This document shows positions 1 through 7,598 of a stretch of DNA of 29,427 nt, piece by piece. The stretch is from Planctomycetaceae bacterium. Its GTDB lineage: Bacteria; Planctomycetota; Planctomycetia; Pirellulales; Thermoguttaceae. The position numbers were made by a program, and so were the translations under genes. Location of the stretch: NCBI GenBank assembly GCA_031288955.1, contig JAITQJ010000033.1:1-29427 (forward strand), in the 5' to 3' direction. The notes under the pieces were generated by a model. It had not been told where the DNA came from and searched no databases. It saw nothing but the letters and a program-made list of their open reading frames with translations. The stretch's first letter is position 1. Every line of letters starts with the position of its first letter.

Positions 1-212
1 TTGAAGCCTTTTGGCGGTGTTTTCCCGCGTCGGCAGGCTTGACCGCCGCTTGGTTCTGCCAAACGAAAACTCGCAAAGTTTAATGGTTGTGCTTCGCAAA
101 CCTTTATGTTACACTTAAAGGAATGTGAGTTCCGTTTCAATCACAGAAAAGAAAATCTATACAATATCGTCAAAAAATTACTAAAAAATACGGGAGATGC
201 TAGGCAAGAGCC
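1..212 (+). mobile_element. IS1595-family (ISXO2-like) transposase 3' remnant with probable right end; pseudogene
   Basis: Frame 1 from 58 reads AKRKLAKFNGCASQTFMLHLKECEFRFNHRKENLYNIVKKLLKN, the typical IS1595 transposase C-terminus. The preceding EAFW motif (3-14) is in another frame and separated by about 37 extra nt, with an in-frame TGA at 40-42. GCTAGGCAAGAGCC (199-212) is a candidate terminal repeat. Truncated by the window edge. Confidence 0.75.
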
Positions 213-351
213 ACGAACAAATGTCAAGGGGGAATGTTTTTATTTTCTCGTTTTGGGATACATCGGGGGCGTACGCCCCTCGCTCTTGCAGGTAAAACTC
301 ATCTGTGCTATACTGAATTGCGAAATGAAAATATCGTTGCCGAATAAGCCC
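213..351 (+). mobile_element. Degenerate copy of the MITE-like element at 8555-8692 (left end apparently lost next to the IS1595 relic)
   Basis: 283-313 matches 8620-8650 at 24/31 nt (all mismatches are transitions). 323-355 matches 8664-8696 at 26/33 nt, including the terminal-repeat half CCGAATAAGCCC. Confidence 0.55.
286..314 (+). promoter_or_regulatory. sigma70-like promoter TTGCAG-N17-TATACT with extended -10 TG, pointing antisense into the hemL 3' end
   Basis: TTGCAG 286-291, 17-nt spacer, TG at 306-307, TATACT 309-314. Confidence 0.5.
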
Positions 352-352
352 A

Positions 353-1741
353 TTAAAGGCTGCGAAAAACTTCGCCTGCAACTTTGATGGTTTGCCTGAC
401 TTCGTCCGCAGTGACGGCAGTTGACATAAAGAACGTTTCAAATTGGCTGCACGGGAAATAAAAGCCCCGCTCAAGCATTCCCCTGAAAAATCCGGCGTAT
501 CGCTCCGTGTTACACGCCGCTGCCGTCTGCCAATCCGTTATCCCGCCCGCAAAAGCACTGCCGCTCGAACTCGTCGCCGTCGAACGTTCAACCTTGCCCC
601 CGTTCAGCGAAACATCTTCAATCCGGTACTTCGCCGCATCGCCGTGCGGTTCCTTCAAGAAAAAGAGCGTCATCATTGAGCCAATCTGCGCAATATGGAC
701 AGGTATGCCCGCCGCCCGCGCCTCGTCTTCAAATCCCTCCGCAAGCATTGTCATATTCCTCTCCAAAGACATAAACACATTCGGCTGCAGCAGCGTTTGC
801 AGCGTAGCAATTCCCGCCGCCATTGCTAAGGGGTTGCCCGAAAGCGTTCCAGCCTGAAAGACTTTACCCGCCGGCAGCACGTTGTCCATAATATCGGCTC
901 TGCCGCCGTAAGCCCCGACAGGCAAACCGCCGCCGATAACCTTACCGAGCGTTGTCAAATCCGGTGTAATACTGAACCGCTGTCCCGCACCGGCTTTGCC
1001 TGCCCGATAACCGCTCAACACTTCATCGAATATCAGTATTGCCCCGCTCTCCTGCGTCACGTGGCGAAGTTCATAGAGAAAATTAGAACTGCCGATGACG
1101 CAGCCCATATTACCGGCAACAGGTTCGACAATCACGGCGGCTATGTCTTTGCCTGCCGCTGCAAAAGTCTTTTTAAGCGTTTCGACATCGTTGTACGGCA
1201 GGAGCAGTGTATCCTGTACACTTCCCGGTGTTACTCCCGGTGAATTCGGCACGCCGAGCGTGGCAGCACTGCTGCCGGCGGCAACGAGAAGAGAATCAAC
1301 GTGACCGTGATAATTACCGATGAACTTGACGATTTTCGTTCTGCCGGTGAAACCGCGTGCCAAACGGACGGCAGACATTGCGGCTTCTGTGCCGGAATTG
1401 ACGAAACGGATTTTCTCAATCGACGGTACGCTGCCGATGATAATTTTTGCGAGTTCATTTTCTAGTTCGGTCGGTGCGCCGAAACTTGTACCGTTGAGAA
1501 TTTGCGTTTGCAGTGCGGACACAACGGCGGGATGTCCATATCCGAGAATCATTGGTCCCCAAGACTGAACGTAATCAAGATATCTGTTTCCATCAATGTC
1601 AATGAGATAAGCACCTTCGCCGCGCTGGATAACGACGGGTTCTCCGCCGACTGCACCAAAGGCGCGGGCGGGACTATTCACTCCGCCCGGAATAAGTGTT
1701 TGGGCTTCCGCAAAAACGCTGTGGCTGCGTGCGTGGTTCAT
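353..1741 (-). CDS. hemL: Glutamate-1-semialdehyde 2,1-aminomutase
   Basis: IPGGVNSPARAF, DYVQSWGP, FVNSGTEAAMSAVRLARG, YHGHVD, LIFDEV, PLP-lysine motif DLTTLGKVIGGGLPVGAYGG, QAGTLSGNPLAMAAG, PCSQFE. Carries a ~35-aa insertion near the C-terminus. Confidence 0.96.
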   Translation of the reverse strand: MNHARSHSVFAEAQTLIPGGVNSPARAFGAVGGEPVVIQRGEGAYLIDIDGNRYLDYVQSWGPMILGYGHPAVVSALQTQILNGTSFGAPTELENELAKIIIGSVPSIEKIRFVNSGTEAAMSAVRLARGFTGRTKIVKFIGNYHGHVDSLLVAAGSSAATLGVPNSPGVTPGSVQDTLLLPYNDVETLKKTFAAAGKDIAAVIVEPVAGNMGCVIGSSNFLYELRHVTQESGAILIFDEVLSGYRAGKAGAGQRFSITPDLTTLGKVIGGGLPVGAYGGRADIMDNVLPAGKVFQAGTLSGNPLAMAAGIATLQTLLQPNVFMSLERNMTMLAEGFEDEARAAGIPVHIAQIGSMMTLFFLKEPHGDAAKYRIEDVSLNGGKVERSTATSSSGSAFAGGITDWQTAAACNTERYAGFFRGMLERGFYFPCSQFETFFMSTAVTADEVRQTIKVAGEVFRSL

Positions 1742-1770
1742 TGTTCATATAAATTGATTTTACGGTCTCT

Positions 1771-1799
1771 ATTATCAATTCATTTTACCTGCTTGTCAA
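1771..1799 (-). promoter_or_regulatory. sigma70-like promoter of hemL, TTGACA-N17-GATAAT
   Basis: On the minus strand TTGACA is at 1799-1794 and GATAAT at 1776-1771, with a 17-nt spacer, about 30 nt upstream of the ATG. Confidence 0.65.
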
Positions 1800-1955
1800 C
1801 TTGACCGTTCAGGCGGATATACAAATGACAAAACCGGTTATTTATCTGCGTTATTACTCCCCCCGTGCAGAACACGATAGTTGTCCCGCCGGCAACGGTG
1901 TTTTGGATACTTTCTCTTTGATTTTTCTTTTTGGAGGAAACAAAAAAAACTGCTC

Positions 1956-1984
1956 TTGCCTAAAATACCGAAAATCGGTATATT
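1956..1984 (+). promoter_or_regulatory. sigma70-like promoter TTGCCT-N17-TATATT of the DUF11 gene, overlapped by the inverted repeat ATACCGA-aaa-TCGGTAT
   Basis: -35 at 1956-1961, -10 at 1979-1984, palindrome at 1965-1981. Confidence 0.55.
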
Positions 1985-2068
1985 TACGCAAATGGAAAGT
2001 GTTGTTGCTGTACCAAATAAATAACGGTAAGTAAACTGCACATTGTTCAAGGATGAACGTATTCAAGG

Positions 2069-4135
2069 ATGAACATAATGACCCGCTCGACTTTTACACT
2101 AGGATTTGCCGTATTTATCGTCCTCTGCGGACTCTTTTTCTTTTGCTCCCCCAAAACAAAAGCGCAAGATTATCCCGCTCCCCAAGACAGCGGGCAAACG
2201 GCTCAATCCCGACTCATTCCCCAGAGTATTCCCCGCCGAAATCCCTTGCGGAATAATGAAGTACCGGCAGCAAAACAACGGCAGAACGAACTGCCGATTC
2301 GGCAAGTGCTGCACGAAGTTGAAGAGACGGTGAAAGAGCCGGAAGCGGTAAAAACGGGGACTGCTGTGTCCGCTAACACGGGTACCGGTTCTTTAACGGC
2401 AGAACCGGCGCAGGTACCGACAGGCTTCGATGATTTTCCGCCGCTCACCGCCCCGCCCGCTGCCGCCGCCCTTGAGTCATTAGACGACTTAATGGAACCG
2501 GCACAAACAAAACCGACAACAAAAACACCGGCACACGCAACTGCCCCAATAGCCGAAAAAAAAGATTTACAGCCGGCAGAGCGTCCGGCAGCGGCTTTAC
2601 CGCTGACAATCGCTGACCCGTTTGCTGAAACGCAGTCGGCAGCAACCGTACCGTCAAGTGCTGTCCGCAGTGACCGCAGACTCGAACGGGAACTCGCCGT
2701 TCAGGAACCGATGATTGCCGTACCCGATAATGCCGTTGAAGGAACGGGAACGCCGGGTGCGTCATCGTTGGAAGGACCGCAGGTTTCGTATCTGACAATT
2801 CAAAAAATTGTCCCCGGTGAAGTCATAACCGACCAGCCGGTTACCATTAAGACGGTTATTCAAAATTCCGGTAAATCAACGGCACGGAAAGTTATCGTAA
2901 CCGACCAGGTGCCGAAGGGCTGTAAACTGCTCGCAACCGTACCGGAAGCCGTTGTTACTAATCAGAACGAATTGCGCTGGATGCTCGGCAATCTTGCGCC
3001 GAATGACCAGGTGATTCTCGAAACTAAAGTTGTACCGTTTCGTGAGGGCGAAATCGGCAGCGTTGCGTCGGTTTTTTACAGCGGTGAAGCCTCGGCGCGG
3101 GTGTTGGTAACACGTCCAATGATTAAAGTCGAAGTCAAAGCACCGCAGGAAGTCCAACTTGGTCAAACTGCCCAACTCGAAATAACGATTAGCAATCCCG
3201 GTACGGCAGCGGCAACGGGCATTGTTCTCGAAGAACACGTTCCCGACGGACTGTATCATAAAGACGGACGGATTTTAATTAACAAGAACGTGAAAACGTT
3301 GAAACCGAAGGAAGCGAAGAAATTAGTTTTGCCGCTGACGTGTACCGGTTCGGGTAATCTTGTCAATAAGGTTGTTGTGAAAGCGGACGGCAATTTAATG
3401 ACAGAAGAAACGACGGCAATTCAAGCGTCGGCACCGATATTAAGTTTGCGTATTGCCGGTTCAAAGCAGCGGTTTCTGGATTTGCAGAGTGAATACCGTT
3501 TGCAGGTTGCGAATACGGGTAATGCTGCGGCGAAGAATGTTGACCTCGAATTGGTGTTGCCGCCGTCCGTTAAGTTCGTTAAAACAAATCAAAGCGGTGT
3601 TTATGAGCAGCACACGCATAGTGTCCGCTGGGCATTAGAAGAGTTGCCGGCACAGGAATCCGGTGAAATTGAATTGCTCGTTATTCCAACGCAAATCGGT
3701 GAACAGTCCTTAAAGTTTTCTGCTAAAGGGCAGAATAATCTGCGGGCTGAAGCGGTGCTGCCGGTATTGGTTGACGGTTTGCCGGCGTTGTCCTTTGAAA
3801 TTATCGGCAGTTCTAATCTCGTGGAAGCCGGCAAGGATGCAATTTATGAAATCCGTGTCGTTAACAAAGGTACGAAAGCCGCTAGCAACGTCAAAGTCAG
3901 TGCCAGTCTCGGCGAAGGAATGGCACTGGTAAAAGCAGACGGCGGACGTTATCAGTCGAACGGCGGAGTTGTTCAGTACGAAACACTGCCGCTGCTCGAA
4001 GCGAAGGAAGAAAAGGTATTTAAGGTTGCCGCCCGATGCCAAAACGACGGCGATTACCGGGTTCGTGTTCAGGTCATTTCCGATGACCTCCGCGCCCCGA
4101 TTACCAAAGAAGAAAGTACCAGAGTCTTTAGATAA
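2069..4135 (+). CDS. Exported DUF11-repeat (OmcB-like, Ig-fold repeat) protein
   Basis: N-terminal hydrophobic signal/anchor, a Pro/Ala/Thr-rich linker, then four ~110-aa repeats with an N.G...A..V core (VIQNSGKSTARKVIVTDQVP, ISNPGTAAATGIVLEEHVP, VANTGNAAAKNVDLELVLP, VVNKGTKAASNVKVSASLG). Confidence 0.8.
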   Translation: MNIMTRSTFTLGFAVFIVLCGLFFFCSPKTKAQDYPAPQDSGQTAQSRLIPQSIPRRNPLRNNEVPAAKQRQNELPIRQVLHEVEETVKEPEAVKTGTAVSANTGTGSLTAEPAQVPTGFDDFPPLTAPPAAAALESLDDLMEPAQTKPTTKTPAHATAPIAEKKDLQPAERPAAALPLTIADPFAETQSAATVPSSAVRSDRRLERELAVQEPMIAVPDNAVEGTGTPGASSLEGPQVSYLTIQKIVPGEVITDQPVTIKTVIQNSGKSTARKVIVTDQVPKGCKLLATVPEAVVTNQNELRWMLGNLAPNDQVILETKVVPFREGEIGSVASVFYSGEASARVLVTRPMIKVEVKAPQEVQLGQTAQLEITISNPGTAAATGIVLEEHVPDGLYHKDGRILINKNVKTLKPKEAKKLVLPLTCTGSGNLVNKVVVKADGNLMTEETTAIQASAPILSLRIAGSKQRFLDLQSEYRLQVANTGNAAAKNVDLELVLPPSVKFVKTNQSGVYEQHTHSVRWALEELPAQESGEIELLVIPTQIGEQSLKFSAKGQNNLRAEAVLPVLVDGLPALSFEIIGSSNLVEAGKDAIYEIRVVNKGTKAASNVKVSASLGEGMALVKADGGRYQSNGGVVQYETLPLLEAKEEKVFKVAARCQNDGDYRVRVQVISDDLRAPITKEESTRVFR

Positions 4136-4136
4136 A

Positions 4137-4640
4137 GTGTTTCCCGGCATTACAGGTATTCGGCAATACAGTTACGTATCCTTTCTGGCAACTGCGTTAT
4201 TTTTTTCGCTGCTGCTGGACGGGTTCTTGATTGTCAATTTTTATTGGACGGCATACATCACGCCGAATCAACGGAACGTATTGGCTGCTGCCTTGGTGCT
4301 GGCTTGGCTTCTGTTAACGGTCGGCGAAAGCATTTATCTGCGTTATTTGCAGTCGCAGGAATTACCGGCGAACCGTGATGAAACGTATAAACAGGCGGTT
4401 GTGCTGTATTTACAGCGGAATTGGTCAGGAGTCGAGTCGCTCGTATTACCGTATTTGCAAAAGCATCCGAAGGATATTGAGATGCGGCTGCTGCAAGCAA
4501 CAATGTATCGGCACACGGAGCGTTACGAAGAGGCGGCATTGCTTCTCGACAAGTTGCAACTTCTCAACGGCAGCACAAACTGGTATGCCGAAATCGAAGC
4601 CGAAAAACGGTTTTTGACGGCGGTCACGGTCAGTGCTTAA
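4137..4640 (+). CDS. Membrane protein with C-terminal TPR-like helices (start uncertain: GTG 4137 or ATG 4083)
   Basis: Two hydrophobic segments followed by a TPR-like region (YLQKHPKDIEMRLLQATMYRHTERYEEAALLLDKL). Directly follows the DUF11 stop, so probably co-transcribed. Confidence 0.6.
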   Translation: MFPGITGIRQYSYVSFLATALFFSLLLDGFLIVNFYWTAYITPNQRNVLAAALVLAWLLLTVGESIYLRYLQSQELPANRDETYKQAVVLYLQRNWSGVESLVLPYLQKHPKDIEMRLLQATMYRHTERYEEAALLLDKLQLLNGSTNWYAEIEAEKRFLTAVTVSA

Positions 4641-4687
4641 CACGCTGAACGAAAAACAAGGGAATGACGGAACACTGCCGCTGCGTT

Positions 4688-7429
4688 TCACAAATAATTC
4701 AGCAATGAAAGTTGCAGCATCATACTGGTCACCTGCATACTGCCTTGATATGATAACTGCTGACCAAGATAGTTTAACGATGCGTCTGCGTAGTCTATCC
4801 GCAGCGTTTCGTTCAGTGTCTGTTCAAACAGGACGTTTTCATCCGCCAGTTGCATCGCCGTATTGTCAAGACTCCGCTGCAACACTCCCAGCGTCGTCTG
4901 CGACTCCGTTGTCTGTGTTACCGCCGCTTCCAATAACTGCAGCGCACGCTCTATCTCCCGCTCGTCATTCGTTTCCATTCCCCGCTGTAAACGAATCAGC
5001 GCATTATACAACGATTCCGTTTCCTGCGGATTCGGGTCTGTTCCCGTCAAAGAGGCAGGCGTGATGACCCCAGCCTCTTCCGTTGCCCCTTGCGGTGCAA
5101 TACGGTACTCTTCGCCGTCGTTGACAAGACCAAGTTCAACCGCCGCTGTTGATAACAGTGTTCGGTCAACACGCAGCACAGCATTGCCCGTACTCGTGTC
5201 CGTTAATGTAATGCCGTTGCCGGACGGTGTCAGCGATGCGGTCAGTTTACCGTCCTGATTGCCGGAATGTCCGTTGATAATGTTCAGTACATCACCGATT
5301 GTTTTCGCCCCCTTAATATCGATTTCCAGCACCGTGCCGTCGTTTCGGGTTATCACAAAATCAATGCCGCCGTCTGTGCCTTCAGCCGTTTTCGTGAAGC
5401 CGTCATAGACAACACCGCTGCCGTTGTTAGCACCATACGTTGCGTCAAGTGCTAAATCAAAATACTGTTTCGGTCCCGGCAATTCATAAAACGCCGCCGT
5501 AACTTCGCAAGCCGTCGTAACTCCCGGATTGATACCGATAGTTACTGTTTTTGCCTCTTCGTCCGTCACTACGGTAATTTTGCCGTCGGGGTCCTGCGTT
5601 GGAACGAATTTCAACGTGTAATCGTTCCAAGCCGTACCCTCGCTGCGTGCCGTCAGTATTAAATCGGCATTCGGCGAAACACTGTGATACTGTGCATAAG
5701 CCGCCGTACCGGGTCCATCGTAATCGTTCACGCCCCGTCCGTAATCCAAATCCGTCAGCAGCGTGTCAAAATCCGTTGTCCGCACGCCGAGTTGATGTGC
5801 CGTGATGCCGCCGTTTTCGCCGATACAGAAATCCGCTCCGCTAACCCGGCTGCGGATATTGATACCGTTCTTCGCTTCGTTAATTTCAGCGTACAAACCG
5901 TATTCGGGGTCATTTAATTCTGCCAGCAATTCGCCGACAGTTTTACATTCGGCGAACGAAACGGTCATCGTTCGGTTATCGTTGACGATTTGCAAACCGG
6001 TCAGGTCGAAGTCCGAACCGCTGCCGCCGGTCAATTCGCCGTACGATACCGGATTACCGGCTAAAAGCGGGACAGTGCCGCTGCCGTGCGCCTGACCGGT
6101 AACGTAATCGGTCTCGGCAAGCGTTGCCTTGATTGCCGGAAACGCCGCATCGCTGCCGGCAGCGTTGTTTATCGCCTGAATGATACCGTTTGCCGTTGTG
6201 TCATCGGGATTGATTCGGACAAGAACGGTATTGGTTTCGGCATCGTATTGAGCCGTTTCGCTTCCCGCCGCAACCGCCGCATCGGCTTGCAGCGAAATCT
6301 TCACGCCGTTCAAATCCGTACCGTTATGCTGCCCCTGAATCAATATGTCGTTGTTGCTGCCGGAAAACCGCAGCGTCAACTGCGGCTTGGAACCGAGGAT
6401 GTCGCTTAACAACGTTGTCCCTGTAACTGCCGGATTGACATCCTGACCGTTAAGCGGCGTTTGCGAATCAAACGGTGTGTTTACGGGAATACCGAGTTGC
6501 CGCGCCGTTGTGCCTTTACCAACTTCCGATACCGACAACACGGCATCGTTTGCCGCGCCTGTATTTTTCAGCGTCAGCACTAAATTGTTGTTTGTGATTT
6601 CAACCTCAACAGCAAAATTCGCCGCGGAACCGGAAGGAGGCGTAAAGTTTTCAATCGTCCGCTTGACATCACCGAGTGTTGCACAGCGGCTTAAATCAAT
6701 ATCAAACGATTGCGTTGTCCCATCAGCGGTATAATTCAACCGGATTGCCCCTTTGGTAACGCCTTCGCCCCCGTTCAAATCGCTTAATCGGGTTTGAGCA
6801 TTTGCCAGCGGATTCAAATCGGTCGTCCCCCGCACCGGTTCGCTAATAGCACCGAAAACATCGCTGCCGTTAACATTCGTTTTCGATAATAAATCGGTAT
6901 CGCTCCAACTATACACATTGTTTTGTGTGCCGCTGTATTGAATCGTGTAAGAATCGTTTTGCCCCCAGGTAAACGGCAGTACACCGGTTGTTGAACCGGC
7001 AAAGACATAGCGTCCGGCATACGAATAGTTGCCGAAGTTCAAAAGTTGCTGAACGTTTTTTTTAATCGTATCTGCAAGAGTCGCCCGCTCTTCGGGACTG
7101 GTTAATGTATTGATAGCATTGAGACCGGCTGCCAGGGCTTCATCGGTCAGGACGTTGATTTGCGAAAGGGTAGAACTGGTTGCGGAAAGGAAAGATTGCG
7201 TTGTCTGAATGTTCGCACTGTTCTGTGTTTTTCGTTCGATTTTGGCTTGAATGGACAGGGTCGCGGAAGCGTTGAACGGCGAGTCGCTTCCGTACTGATA
7301 TTGACGCTGGCTTTGGACTTGTTGTGCGTATTTTGAGAGCAGTAATGACGAACTGGCGAGATTACTATAGGCTCTGTTAGTCTGGAGAGCAACGCTTGTC
7401 CGATTGAGTCCCAGTGGAACGACAGTCAT
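4688..7429 (-). CDS. flgL: Flagellar hook-associated protein 3 (FlgL), long planctomycete type, 913 aa
   Basis: Flagellin-family N-terminal helices (QQVQSQRQYQYGSDSP, LLNFGNYSYAGRYVFAGS) and C-terminal helices (QTTLGVLQRSL...IDYADASL...QLSLLNYL). The YVFAG motif favours FlgL over FliC. The start at ATG 7429 (MTVVPLG) is preferred over the track's 7471. Confidence 0.8.
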   Translation of the reverse strand: MTVVPLGLNRTSVALQTNRAYSNLASSSLLLSKYAQQVQSQRQYQYGSDSPFNASATLSIQAKIERKTQNSANIQTTQSFLSATSSTLSQINVLTDEALAAGLNAINTLTSPEERATLADTIKKNVQQLLNFGNYSYAGRYVFAGSTTGVLPFTWGQNDSYTIQYSGTQNNVYSWSDTDLLSKTNVNGSDVFGAISEPVRGTTDLNPLANAQTRLSDLNGGEGVTKGAIRLNYTADGTTQSFDIDLSRCATLGDVKRTIENFTPPSGSAANFAVEVEITNNNLVLTLKNTGAANDAVLSVSEVGKGTTARQLGIPVNTPFDSQTPLNGQDVNPAVTGTTLLSDILGSKPQLTLRFSGSNNDILIQGQHNGTDLNGVKISLQADAAVAAGSETAQYDAETNTVLVRINPDDTTANGIIQAINNAAGSDAAFPAIKATLAETDYVTGQAHGSGTVPLLAGNPVSYGELTGGSGSDFDLTGLQIVNDNRTMTVSFAECKTVGELLAELNDPEYGLYAEINEAKNGINIRSRVSGADFCIGENGGITAHQLGVRTTDFDTLLTDLDYGRGVNDYDGPGTAAYAQYHSVSPNADLILTARSEGTAWNDYTLKFVPTQDPDGKITVVTDEEAKTVTIGINPGVTTACEVTAAFYELPGPKQYFDLALDATYGANNGSGVVYDGFTKTAEGTDGGIDFVITRNDGTVLEIDIKGAKTIGDVLNIINGHSGNQDGKLTASLTPSGNGITLTDTSTGNAVLRVDRTLLSTAAVELGLVNDGEEYRIAPQGATEEAGVITPASLTGTDPNPQETESLYNALIRLQRGMETNDEREIERALQLLEAAVTQTTESQTTLGVLQRSLDNTAMQLADENVLFEQTLNETLRIDYADASLNYLGQQLSYQGSMQVTSMMLQLSLLNYL

Positions 7430-7461
7430 CCGTATGATTGGTAAAATCCGTTTATCAGGTG

Positions 7462-7469
7462 TTATCGGC
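7462..7469 (-). promoter_or_regulatory. Possible sigma28 (FliA) -10 element GCCGATAA upstream of flgL
   Basis: Exact GCCGATAA 32 nt upstream of ATG 7429; no recognisable -35. Confidence 0.3.
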
Positions 7470-7563
7470 ACAAAGCGTACGACCGCATCAATCGTTCCGT
7501 TTCTTTTGTTATAAGCGGTAAAGATTGCCTAACTTACGGAGTTATACTCCGCTTTATCCGCTC

Positions 7564-7592
7564 TTGCCACTGCCGGTGCCGAATGTTATAAT
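7564..7592 (+). promoter_or_regulatory. sigma70 promoter TTGCCA-N17-TATAAT with extended -10, leaderless-type for the Rpn-like gene
   Basis: TTGCCA 7564-7569, TG 7584-7585, TATAAT 7587-7592. The ATG at 7599 is only 6 nt downstream and has no Shine-Dalgarno. Confidence 0.7.
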
Positions 7593-7598
7593 AGCTCT

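Noticed and set aside
266-279. GGGGCGTACGCCCC as the hemL terminator or a REP element
   Set aside because: No loop, no U-tract on the minus strand and a single copy; noted only as part of the MITE-like region.
106-387. 93-aa ORF as a real gene
   Set aside because: It is a read-through chimera of the IS1595 tail, intergenic DNA and the antisense of the hemL end.
542-658. HemL insertion as an intein
   Set aside because: Too short, with no N-terminal Cys/Ser and C-terminal His-Asn splice motifs.
3969-4136. 5' extension of the TPR membrane protein ORF
   Set aside because: It overlaps the DUF11 gene in another frame; the protein-like sequence begins near 4083-4137.
7430-7471. Longer FlgL start (MPITPDKR...)
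   Set aside because: The FlgL-like N-terminus begins at MTVVPLG (7429), and the extension covers the putative promoter octamer.
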